From positions 97,340,001 through 97,404,000 of the forward strand of contig NC_042998.1 in NCBI RefSeq assembly GCF_006345805.1: a stretch of 64,000 nt of DNA, written 5' to 3'. The notes under the pieces are model-generated. The model worked only from the letters and a program-made list of their open reading frames with translations, was not told the DNA's origin and did not search any database. This DNA comes from Octopus sinensis. Its lineage: Eukaryota. Each line of letters begins with the position of its first letter. Position 1 is the stretch's first letter. The translations under genes and the position numbers were made by a program. Shown here in pieces: positions 12,701 to 24,700 of this stretch.

Positions 12701-15700
12701 GAAAGGATGAAAGGCAAAGTTGACCTCTGTGGTATTTGAACTTAAAACATAGAGTCGAAAGAAATACTGCTAAGCATTTTTTCCAACATGATAATTGTTC
12801 TGCCAACTTGCCTCTTTAAAAAATGTATATGCAACAATGCTACAGTTTTTATGTTGTTTATTTCTGTGTGATGTTGATCTATATTCTTTATCATGGTTTA
12901 GTCACATGAACAATGGCAACATACAGGATCCATTAAAGGGACCACTAAGACTGGTAGGAAAATGAAGAAAGTTATCCTCAGACTGGAGGCCTGGTCACAA
13001 ATGACTAAATTCTGTTAAAGGTATTTCAAGGGCCAGGTGTTGATAGGGTTTGAAATTCTTAATCACTCACTATATGCCAATAATGTTCATCATATATGTA
13101 AATATAAAAATTAAAAAAAGACATTAAGTCTTTTTACCATTTAGTCAGAGAGGGAAAGGCTTCACTCATGATCCTTTATTTTTTCCCCCAAGTACTTGGT
13201 GAAAAGAAGGAGGGGAGTTTTCTGCAAAGTAGAAATCTGGCAAGAATGTTTGCAACAGAATGAACTCCCTAAAAGGGACTAAAGCAAAGACCTTGTATTG
13301 GTGTTAATCCAGACAATGGATTAAACCTACCTCTCAAGATCTCAGAACAAAAAGAGCTGAAGCAAATGCCACAAAGTACTTTGTCCAGTGTCCTAACAAT
13401 TTCACCAATTCCTCAACTCTGTAATGGAATATTATTTGTACTGAAAAACCAAAATATTTTAGTCAGTATGTTAGAATGAGCTGTCTCACATTTGGTTTTT
13501 ATTTTACAAAGCACAAGTCTCAAATTTATAAAGACAGACAAAAATAAGGTTATGTTGTCATAGGTACAAGTATAGCTGTGTGGTTAAGAAACTCACTTTA
13601 CATCTGTATGGTCTCAGGTTCAGTCCCACTGCATAGCACCTCGGGCAAATGTATTCTACTATGACCCTGGGCTGACCAAAGCCTTGTCAGTGAATTTGGT
13701 AGAGGAAGCCTGTCATGTATATCATCGTCAGTGTTATCAAATAGAATTTATTAAGACAGATTTTTAGTGGTTGGATGCCCTTTCTGTTGCCAACCCTCAC
13801 ATGTTTCCATGCAAAGTAATGTTTCCTCCAGGTTAGACATGTTTTTACAGAATATTGGAAATGAATGACATGGCTTGGATGGGAGTGATACTCATTTACA
13901 ACTGTCACACAATGTCAAGACAAGGAAACACAAACATATACACATTCATATACATACATACATATACATACATATGTATGACAGGCTTCTTTCTGTTTCC
14001 ATCAACCAAATACACTTACAAGACTTTAGCTAGCCCAGAGTTATAGTAGAAAATGCCTCCCAAAGGTATCACAGTGGGAATGAACCTGAAATGATATGGT
14101 TTAGAAGTACACTTCTTATGTACACAGCCATACCTGTGTCTATCGACATGCCTGTACTTGTATATACATGTGCATGTGTGTGTGTGTGTGTGTGTTTGTT
14201 TGTGTATGTGTATGTGTGTGTGTGATTGTGTTTGTGCTTGCATCACCACCCTCCAACACCACTTGGCACCCAGTGTGGGTTCGTTTACATCCCAATAACT
14301 CAGTGGTCTGGCAAAAGACACAAATGAATTAGATTTTAAAATACGTATTGGGGATGAGTTATTCAACTAAACACTTCAAGGTGGTGCTCCAGTATGGCCA
14401 CAGTCTAATGACTGAAACAAGTAAAAGATAAAAGACAACACCTGAGTCACTGACTACAATTAGTTTTCCAATCCAACATCAATAAAATAAGAAACTAATT
14501 ATATATAAGGGTTGATCTCATTAATTAGACAGATTGTTATTTTTGAAAACAAAATGGTTTCATGAAGAATTATATATATGGAATACTGTAGCATTAAAGG
14601 TGGAGAGCTGACAGAATCATTAACATGTTGGGCAAAATGCTCAATGACATTTCTTCCAGTTCTTCCCTTTCAGGGTTCAAATACTGCCAAAATTAACTTT
14701 ACCTTCTATTATTTTACTGTTAATAAACGAAAGTACCATTCAAGTATAGGAGTTGATGTAATTGACTAAACCCCTTCTCCCTCCCTTCAAAAGTGCTGGT
14801 CATGGATCTTGCAAGAGACCAGCATCTCTTTCAAGAGGAATGCTGTGATCTCGCAGGTAACTGGTCTTATGAGTCCTAGGGCTCAAGCAAAATAAAAAAG
14901 AAAAATTTGTAAAGTTCCAGCTTACCTTGAATACGAAGATAGGTATTATTTCTAGATATCCCTCCTTCATTTTGAGCTTCACATGTATATATACCTTCAT
15001 CATTTTGATCTATATTCCTATTAAGTAAAACATTCTACATGTTAATTCAATAACTAGACTTACCTTGTTATAAAATATAATCGAAGAAAATGTATAAGAA
15101 TCATTTCATGGATTCGGTTGTATAAAATTAAAATATATACTTGTTTGATACAAACTCACCTGAGATCCACCCTTGGTTTTATGATACAAACTTTGTCTTT
15201 TAAAGTGATTTAAATTTAAGTCTTCCATAGCTTAACCCTTTAGTTTCTGAATTGGCCATACCCAAAATTTTACCTACCTTATGTTCAAACTGGCAAGATC
15301 TGGCCTCTTACACCTACCCTACAATGCCATTCTAACAGTAATCAATCAAATCATCAAAATCTTGAAGTTATGAAATAAAGCATGATTAATTCAAAACAAT
15401 GTGAATCAATAAGGATTACACATGACAGAGTAATCTGAATGCTAAAGGGTTAATAATGATAAATTTGTTTTATGAAATACTTCATTAGTTTCAAAATTAA
15501 TTGAAGCAAAGTTAGCATCATTTAAACTGAAATATGATAATAAAAGGGATAAATTATTTCAATTGAAAATATTTAATTTCCAAAGCAAAATATGAAAAAC
15601 AATTTAATCATTCATTGAATATATGTTAATTATTGTTTATAATAATAATTTGAAGCAAATGGAAGTATGGTAAATTACTTCGAAATCTCACATTCTTTGC

Positions 15701-16983
15701 TTCCAGTTCTCCAGACTGGTCAAATAAATACTGATATTATACTTCAATTGATTCATTCAAGCAATATAACTCTTTGATAAAAGTTGACCATTTGCTTCAC
15801 CAAAATATGTCAAAATATAAGAATATGTTATAAACTAGAAGTTAAGCATATATCAATAATAAAAAAGCAATGATTCAATCTGGTTCTATTTAAATCTTGT
15901 CATTCTGTACCTTTTAAAACCTGCTTCTACAGAAGAAGCCAAAACAATTACAATGAATTACAGAAATAACAAAATTATTTGAAGAAATAACATAATCATG
16001 CAAAATATACATTTTATGATACCTAATAAGAAGGGTGCCATTTCTAAAAATAGTGACATCTGGATCAAAACGTAGGTCTAATGTTGCTCCTATTTTGAAC
16101 CATGTAACAGTATAATTTGGTGCAGTTGAGTAAACTTTGCATGTGATCATTTTATTATGACCACGTTTGGCTGACATATTGGCATTGACAATTACTGTTG
16201 GGGCAGGTTCTGGTAAAAAAAAAAAAAAATTAAAAGATCTTTCAGAATTATAATTTTACCATTTTTATCAATATAATTTTCACTGCAATGTTGTTGATGA
16301 CAATGATGATGATGATGATGATGATGATGATTGAGAATGATAATGATGATGGCAATGATGATTGAGGATGATAACTAACAAAAATAAAACATAAAACCAA
16401 CAACAAACAAAACCGATTGAGCTGATGAATTACAAACTGACTTCCTTTATAAACTGCAGACATATTCTGAGGTAACTAAGTATAGGTAGATACCACCCAG
16501 CTTACCAACAAAGGTAACTTTTTTCATTTTCACCGGCTGCCTAACTCACAAATTTCAAAGTTGGCCAGCATCAACAGAAAGTCGGATTGTTGATGTAGGT
16601 TATTGCAAATGCATTTATTAGTAAAACTCAAAAACAGACAGTTTTCTCTGACTAGATAAATGTGAGTATTTTTTTATAGAATGATGACAGCAGTGAGCTG
16701 GCAGAAATGTTAGCATGCCGGGTGAAATGCGTAGCCGTATTTTGTCTGCTGTTACATTCTGAGTTCAAATTCCGTCGAGGTCGACTTTGCCTTTCATCCT
16801 TTCGGGGTTGATTAAACAAGTACCAGTTATGCACTGGGGTCGATATAATCGACTTTATCCGTTTGTCTGTCCTTGTTTGTCCTCTCTGTGTTTAGCCCCT
16901 TGTGGGTAGTAAAGAAATAGATGGAATTTAACAATTGTCAATTAATTTTGAATTACTTTTGTCATACACTTACTTGTGTGTGT

Positions 16984-17041
<58 letters not shown>

Positions 17042-20000
17042 GCATGACTTAGTGGTTAGGATTGTAAGATTATGGTTTTAATTCTTTGGACCGGATGATG
17101 TGTTGTGTCCTTGAGCAAAACACTTCATTTCATGTTGCTCCAGTCCACTCAGCTGGTACAAATAAGTAATCTTGTGAGCGTCTGGCATCCTGTCCAGGGT
17201 GCATGGGTATATATGCCACAGAACTCAGGGAACCAAGCTTATGAGCCTATGACTAGAGAAGGACACTTGATCTTATATATATATGCACATGTATATACAC
17301 AGTTTTTCTCTCTCCGTTTTTTTTCATTCTCACTCCATTTTTTACCTCTTAATCCTTTCCGCCAAAGAGCATAGGCACAAGAGCCAGTCACAGGGTACTG
17401 GCATTAGCCATGCTCAGTTGGTGCTCTTTATGTGCCACTGGCATGGGAGCCAACCAGGCGGACCTGGCATCCACCATGTTCTGATGGTACTTTTTACCTG
17501 CCACCAGTACAGGAGCAAGTAAAGGTTCACTGGCCACAGCTATGATATTGGTTTTACTTGACTCAACAGGTCTTCTCAAGCACATCATATTACCCAACGC
17601 ATTGGGGTATTCTTAACAAGGCCGGCCATGCATAGCTGCAATCTCACTTTAGTTGTTGGGCTTTCTCAATCACAGCATATCTCCAAAGGTCTCCTGTCAT
17701 TGCCTCTGTGAGGCCCAATGTCTGAAGGTCATGCTTCACTACCTCATTCCATGTCTTCCTGGGTCTACCTCTTCCACAGGTTTCTTCAACAGTTAGGGAA
17801 TGGCACTTCCTCACACAGCTGTCCTCATGACCATACCACTTTTCTCTCAGGATACTTACACTCTGTCGTGTATGCACACTGACATTACACATCCAGCGGA
17901 TCATACTAGCTTCATTTCTTTCAAGCTTACACATGTCCTCAGTATTCATGGCCCATATTTCACTGTTGTGTAGCATGGCAGTTTGCACATGTGAATCATA
18001 CAGTCTACTTTTCACCGAGTGAGAGGCCCTTAGTTGCCAGCAGAGGTAGGAGCTCTCTGAACTTTGCCCAGGCGATTCTTACTCTAGTCACTACAGTCTC
18101 AAAGCAACCACCCCCACTACAGACTTGGAAATTCTAATTGTGAGCCCTGTGCCAGTGGCACGTAAAAAGCACCATCTGAACGTGGCCTATTCCAGTTCCG
18201 CCTTGACTGGCTTCCGTGTTAGTGGCATGTAAAAAGCACCATCCAATCATGGTCGATGTCCATTACTCTGGACGCTTGTGCCAGTGGAATGTAAAAAGTA
18301 CTCACTACACTCTCAGAGTGGTTGGCATTAGGAAGGGCATCCAGCTGTAGAAACACTGTCAGATCAGATTGGGGCCTGGTGCAGCCTCCTGGCTTCCCAA
18401 ACCCCAGTCGAACTGTCCACGCTATGCCATCATGAAAAATGGACATTAAACAATAATGATGATGATGATGATGATGACGATGTATGTATACATATATATT
18501 TACTTCATAAATGTTCAACACATGCCTCAAAAAAATAATAACATCCAGGGAAAATGTGATAAATAGACACTCTGAGACGGTCATATCATGTAAGCATAGG
18601 AACAAAACATCATTCATGGAATTTGAAAAAAATATTTTGAAAAGAAGTAACAAACTATAGAAATGTGAAGGAACCCAGAAAATAAATGAAAATACAAATG
18701 TTTAAGATGATACACACTACAACAACAGAAACAGTGAAAAAGTCACCATAAGAGGGGTTATAATAATCAATTTGGTCAACAAACCCCACTATATTGCAGC
18801 TGACCACCTGTTAGGTTCAGAATTTATTGAGAGTCAGGTCTTGAATGAAATAGAACAAAAAAATCTGCTGAATGAATGACCATACATAAATCTGCAGAAA
18901 GAATAGTAAATAAATCCAACACCACCACACACACCTCCAGCCTCATATTATGACAATTCCTTCCTCTACTTCTATCACCTACCTCCCCTACCAAGTACAT
19001 ACAGAGATACTCACATAGCTAGACTGGCCTTCATACTGGCAAGAAGGGATAAACATCCCTCTGTGATTCATCCAATAGTGCAGTATTGCCTGATAAAATG
19101 AATCAATGATGATGATCAACTGGATACCCATGGATAATACTGCCCACGGACTATATTGTACTAATGACAAGGATACTGACTCTGATATCAAAGTCATGTG
19201 GTTCATAGAAACGTACATGGTGATGTATTAAATATTTATAAATTCCAATCAAAATCAAATTCGCTGGCGTGGCCGATGACAACACCACCTAACTGGCACC
19301 TGTGCCAGTGGAACGTTAAAAGCACCATCTGAGTGTGATCGTTACTAGGGCCACAGACTGGTTCCCGTGCCAGTGGCACATAAAAAGCACCATTTGAGTG
19401 TGATTGTTACCAGTGTCGCCTTACTGGCTCTTGTGCCAGTGGCATGTGAAAAACAACATTTGAATGAGGTTGTTACCAGTGCCGCTGGACTGGCTCCTGT
19501 GCAGGTGGCACATAAAAAACACCATTTGAGCGTGGCCATCGCCAGTACCGCCTAACTGGCCCTCATGCCAGTGGCACATAAAAGCACCCACTACACCCTC
19601 GGAGTGGTTGGCGTTAGGAAGGGCATCCAACTGTAGAAATCCTGCCAGATCAGATTGGAGCCTGGTGCAGCCATCTGGCTCACCAGTCCTCAGTCAAACC
19701 ATCCAACCCATACCAGCATGGATAGTGGACATTAAGCAATGATGATGATGATGACGATGATCCTAGATATGTAAGTATCTATATATATGTATCTGTGTAT
19801 GTGTATGTATATAAATGAATATGGTGTGTTATGTGAATTTATAGAAAAGCATCCCATAGAAACTCAAATTTTAACATCTTCTCTTCTCCATTTTTAACAT
19901 ATTTGTTGAGTTGCTATGGGATACTTTTCCATAAGTTCTTATAACACACTGTATACATATAATAACTTCATATCTGCATAAATCTTACACTAGTAAGCTA

Positions 20001-20596
20001 CCAGCAAAATATGAAGAATCTTTGTTAGAAATCGCTCTTTGGAACCCTCCAAAGTAAAGGATGAAATATAATTCAACCTTTTCACATATATATTTCTATA
20101 TAAATGTATATATATGTATGACTCTGTGTGTGTGTGTGTACCCATGTTACCATGAATGATATGCATGACCAGCCATCAAGGGACCCCACAAGAGTGAGTT
20201 TCATTCAAAAGCCATTCTGACCTTCCCATTTATTCTTTGTATTTGATTCTTTACATTCTTAACCTACCACTCTTCGAATACATACCAAACATCCTGCCTC
20301 ATTAATTGATTTGTGAACTACTATAAATGCATGCATCATACCAACACCATCCTGCCACACACAGTAGTGAAATGTACATGTTATAACACTGTAACATATT
20401 ATGTAACCTGATGAAGTTTCTTCTGCACTGTGGGCAGGCATTCCATTACATTGTTCCCTCCCCACTAGAGAGCAATGCTGATGCTAGCCGAAACAATTGT
20501 CATGCTAAATAAAATTTACAGTACACTCTGTCTTCCCTATCAATTATTTAATATGCACACAGACACACACACAGATTCATATACACATGTGTATGC

Positions 20597-20640
<44 letters not shown>

Positions 20641-21347
20641 GAGGATAATATCGATATTTAAGTGTCGAAATTATCAAGTGGCCAGCATGAAAGAAATACC
20701 TTACAAAGGTAAAAAAATTTTTAACAATTAAAAATGAGGGTGTCTAAAAGACACCAACATGCCGAAATAGCAGTCGAAACACTGACTATAGTACCACGTT
20801 ACATGTTCATATCGCACCATGAGGTAAAGCGGAGGGACAAAACATACAAGCAAAAATTATTGAATAATTCAAGATCCAAGGATTTCTGGTTCTGCTTTAG
20901 ATAAGCTTTACCGTCATCAATTGAATATATCAAGGGTACATAAATACAGATATATATATGCACAGCAAACGATATACTTACATATACGAGCGTCGTACAT
21001 ACATACATATGCGCGTATGGACACAGCCAGTCTGAATCGGGCGATTCAGACTGGCTGTGTCCATACGCGCATATGTATGTATGTACGACGCTCGTATATG
21101 TAAGTATATCGTTTGCTGTGCATATATATATCTGTATTTATGTACCCTTGATATATTCAATTGATGACGGTAAAGCTTATCTAAAGCAGAACCAGAAATC
21201 CTTGGATCTTGAATTATTCAATAATTTTTGCTTGTATGTTTTGTCCCTCCGCTTTACCTCATGGTGCGATATGAACATGTAACGTGGTACTATAGTCAGT
21301 GTTTCGACTGCTATTTCGGCATGTTGGTGTCTTTTAGACACCCTCAT

Positions 21348-21385
<38 letters not shown>

Positions 21386-21671
21386 AAATATATGTATAAT
21401 ATATATATATATATAGAAGAAGGGGAATTTTCCTTGTGTTGTATGTCTTGTACCCTGTTTTTTCGTTGTTTAAAAAATGTCCATTTCCATGGTTCTGTTT
21501 TTATGTTTTCGTTTCTCATTGTGTGCAACATTTTTTTGGTGCCCTGTGCCTATATATGCATGTATATATACATATAGATGTAGGTGCGTACATATATGTA
21601 TGTATATATGCATATGTTTTATTTATTATTTTGTTAATATATATATATATATATATTTATATAAATATATG

Positions 21672-21749
<78 letters not shown>

Positions 21750-24700
21750 GTATGAATTTATATATTATGCTATGTCATTATATATATATATATAAAATTA
21801 TATATGTACTTTATTTGTGGATTAACAGAGCAGCCAATAGTATCATGTAAAAAGAGTTTTGACAATTTTCAAGTGATCTACTTTAAATGTTGGTAATTAC
21901 CTCCATTTCCACTTTGGATGGGACTACATGAGATTACATGTAACTATGTGGGACTTCAAAACAGGCAGATAATGGTGAGCAAAATTTTAGCAACTTGTTT
22001 GTTATTTCTCTTGTATTGGCTTGTTTTCTTTTTCTTTTTAAAAAGAATTTGCACTCAAAATAGATTAATTACATTATGTGAAAATGTTTACACATGTACA
22101 TGCGTATCTCATCGTTTATTGTACTTCACAGGTTTTGTATGTATAGGCACAAGAGTGACTTTGTGGTAAGTACCTTACTTACTAACCACATTGTTCCGGT
22201 TTCAATCTCACTGCATGGCACCTTGGTCAAGTGTCTTCTACTATAGCCTCGGGCTGACCAAAGCCTTGTGAGGGGATTTGGTAGACAGAAACTAAAGGAA
22301 GTCCGTCATATTTATATGTATATGTTTGTGTGTCTGTGTTTGTCCCCACCACCATCACTTGACAACTGATGTCAGTGTGTTTACATCCCTGTAGCTTAGT
22401 GGTTTGGCAAAAAGAGACTGATATAATAATTACCAGGCTTACAAAGAATACGTCCTGGAATTGTTTTGTTCAACTAAAGGCAGTGCTTCAGCATGGCTGC
22501 AGTCAAATAACTGAAACAAATAAAAGAATAAAAGAATACCCATGTGTGTGTGTGTGTGTGTGTGTGTGTAATGTATCCAGCATGTGACACAAGCACATAT
22601 ATTTTGTGGATGTGTGTGCATGTGTATCTCATTTATTGTGCTTCACAGGTTTTGAATGTAAATTTGTCCATAAGAAACCCCTAACATGTTGCCTACACCC
22701 ATTTGTGTATATATTAATTCTAAAATCCCATATAGTTAAGTGTTGTCTCATGCAAAAAGAAAAAAAAAACAAAAATAGAGGCGATTACCTACATTTTTAA
22801 GTGGATCAATTGAAAATTGTTTCCTCTTTCTATCTTACTTCCTCTCTATTTGAAAATAAATAAGCCATACTTAATATAGAGTTGAGCTTACATACCACTA
22901 ATATCCAACATTGTATAGGCAGTATTTGTTCCAGCAACGTTCTCAGCTTTACAGCTATAGGTACCTTCATTGTTTTGTTCGGCTTTTGGTATTTGAAATG
23001 TAATGTTACCAGAATATCTGTTTGTAGTATAAAAAAATATGTGATATAATGACATTAACATTCTTACATAAAACAGCATTGAATTACAAATTTATTAAGT
23101 ACGAACATTTAGGTGCTGAAATAATGGTTTCATTCTGTTAGATATAATTGTTATTATATTTTTTTCGTCTTTTTGTCTGATGGCAAAATTATTAAAAATA
23201 TTAAAAATAAAATATCAAAATAGATCTATTTTAAATTCAGTCAATTTGATGGTTGCTGATGATATTAAGTAAACCATCCATCCATTCAGCCAGCCAGCCA
23301 GCCAGCCATCTTTTCCCTCCTGGGAGGGTTGTTGAGGTGGAAACTTCAATCATAAGGTCCTATCAGGAGCAGCCATCATTAGACTTTCCAGATGGACTCT
23401 CAAATGTGACCGACTGAGACTATGGATATTATCCAACCATCTCATTCTTGGTCTACTCCGAGGTCTCCAGCTGGTTGGCTTGGCTTGTAGAATCTAACTT
23501 GCAATTCTAATCACATTGGTAGCACTGGAGCTATGACCTCTCAATGCAAAGAAGCAGCAGCTTGGCCTGGAGAGACTCTCTGATCTCTGAGCTATGTACC
23601 TGTCAAGTAACATTACTCCAGAGAGCCTTCTATTAGGAACATCTTCCAACACAGGGATATCCCTATACCTCATACAGGGATACTCTGGAAAGAGGCCACT
23701 GATGGATTTTGCTATTGTCTGAGACCTCTTTGATTCAGTGTTGGACATTCTTGTACTGAGCGTGGGTGCTGAAATGTCAAACAATCATCTCTAAGTTGTC
23801 TACAGTCTGAGACTATCTGCAACAGGAAGAACTCACCAAATTAGAATTAGGTAAACATTCATTAGTTTTTAATGCATTGACTTAAAAAGAGAGAAATTGC
23901 AAATTAAGCCCTTCAGCATTTAAACCAGCCATACCCAGCCTAAATATGCTGCCTGTGTTATGTTTAAACCAGATCTGACCTCTCACATCTACCCTACAAA
24001 GTCATTCTAAAAATAAACAATTACATCATTAAAATTTGAAAGTATGAGATAATGCATGATTAATTCTAACAATGTGAATAAATAAGCAGAGCATTTACAG
24101 AGTAATCTGAATACTAAAGGGCTAAAATATATAAAAAAATCCAAAGTACAGATTATATATCAAATACGGATCCAATATGGATGTTTAAAACAGCATTTTT
24201 TAATGAAAATTTTTAATGATAACTAAATTTGGTTGTTGTCAGCAGAAATATTTGTAACAAAGATAATTTTTTCTTGATATCTTTTATATTTTACTTGCTT
24301 TACTCATTAGACTGTGACCATGCTGGAGCACCACTTTAAAGTTTTAGTCAAACAAATCAATACCAGTATTTACATTTTTAAAGTCAGGTACATAATTTAT
24401 TTGTCCCTTTTGTCAAACCACTAAGTTACAGGTGTATAAACAAACCCTTACCAGTTGTCAAGTGGTTGAGGGGATACAAACACAAAGACCCACACATACA
24501 CATGCATGTATGTGTGTGTATGTGTTTGTGTGTGTGTGTGTGTGTGTGTGCATGCGTGTGTGAAGTCACATGGCTTAGTGGATAGGATGTTGCACTCATG
24601 ATAGCGAGATCATGGTTTCAATTCTCAGACCGGGCATTGCATTGTGTTCTTGAGCAAAACACTTCATTTCCCATTGTTCTGTAATCATTTTGTCATCTGG

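Larger units (their letters stand above)
20726..21355. repeat. Perfect 630-bp palindrome (314-bp arms, 2-nt GG spacer) in a (TA)n tract
   Basis: Arms 20726-21039 and 21042-21355 are reverse complements; identical ORFs are called on both strands. Confidence 0.97.

Noticed and set aside
19302-19590. Regularly spaced repeats as a CRISPR array
   Set aside because: The whole unit is repeated with no unique spacers; eukaryotic LINE UTR context
20799-21282. Identical 69-aa ORFs on both strands
   Set aside because: A by-product of the palindrome; no recognisable domain
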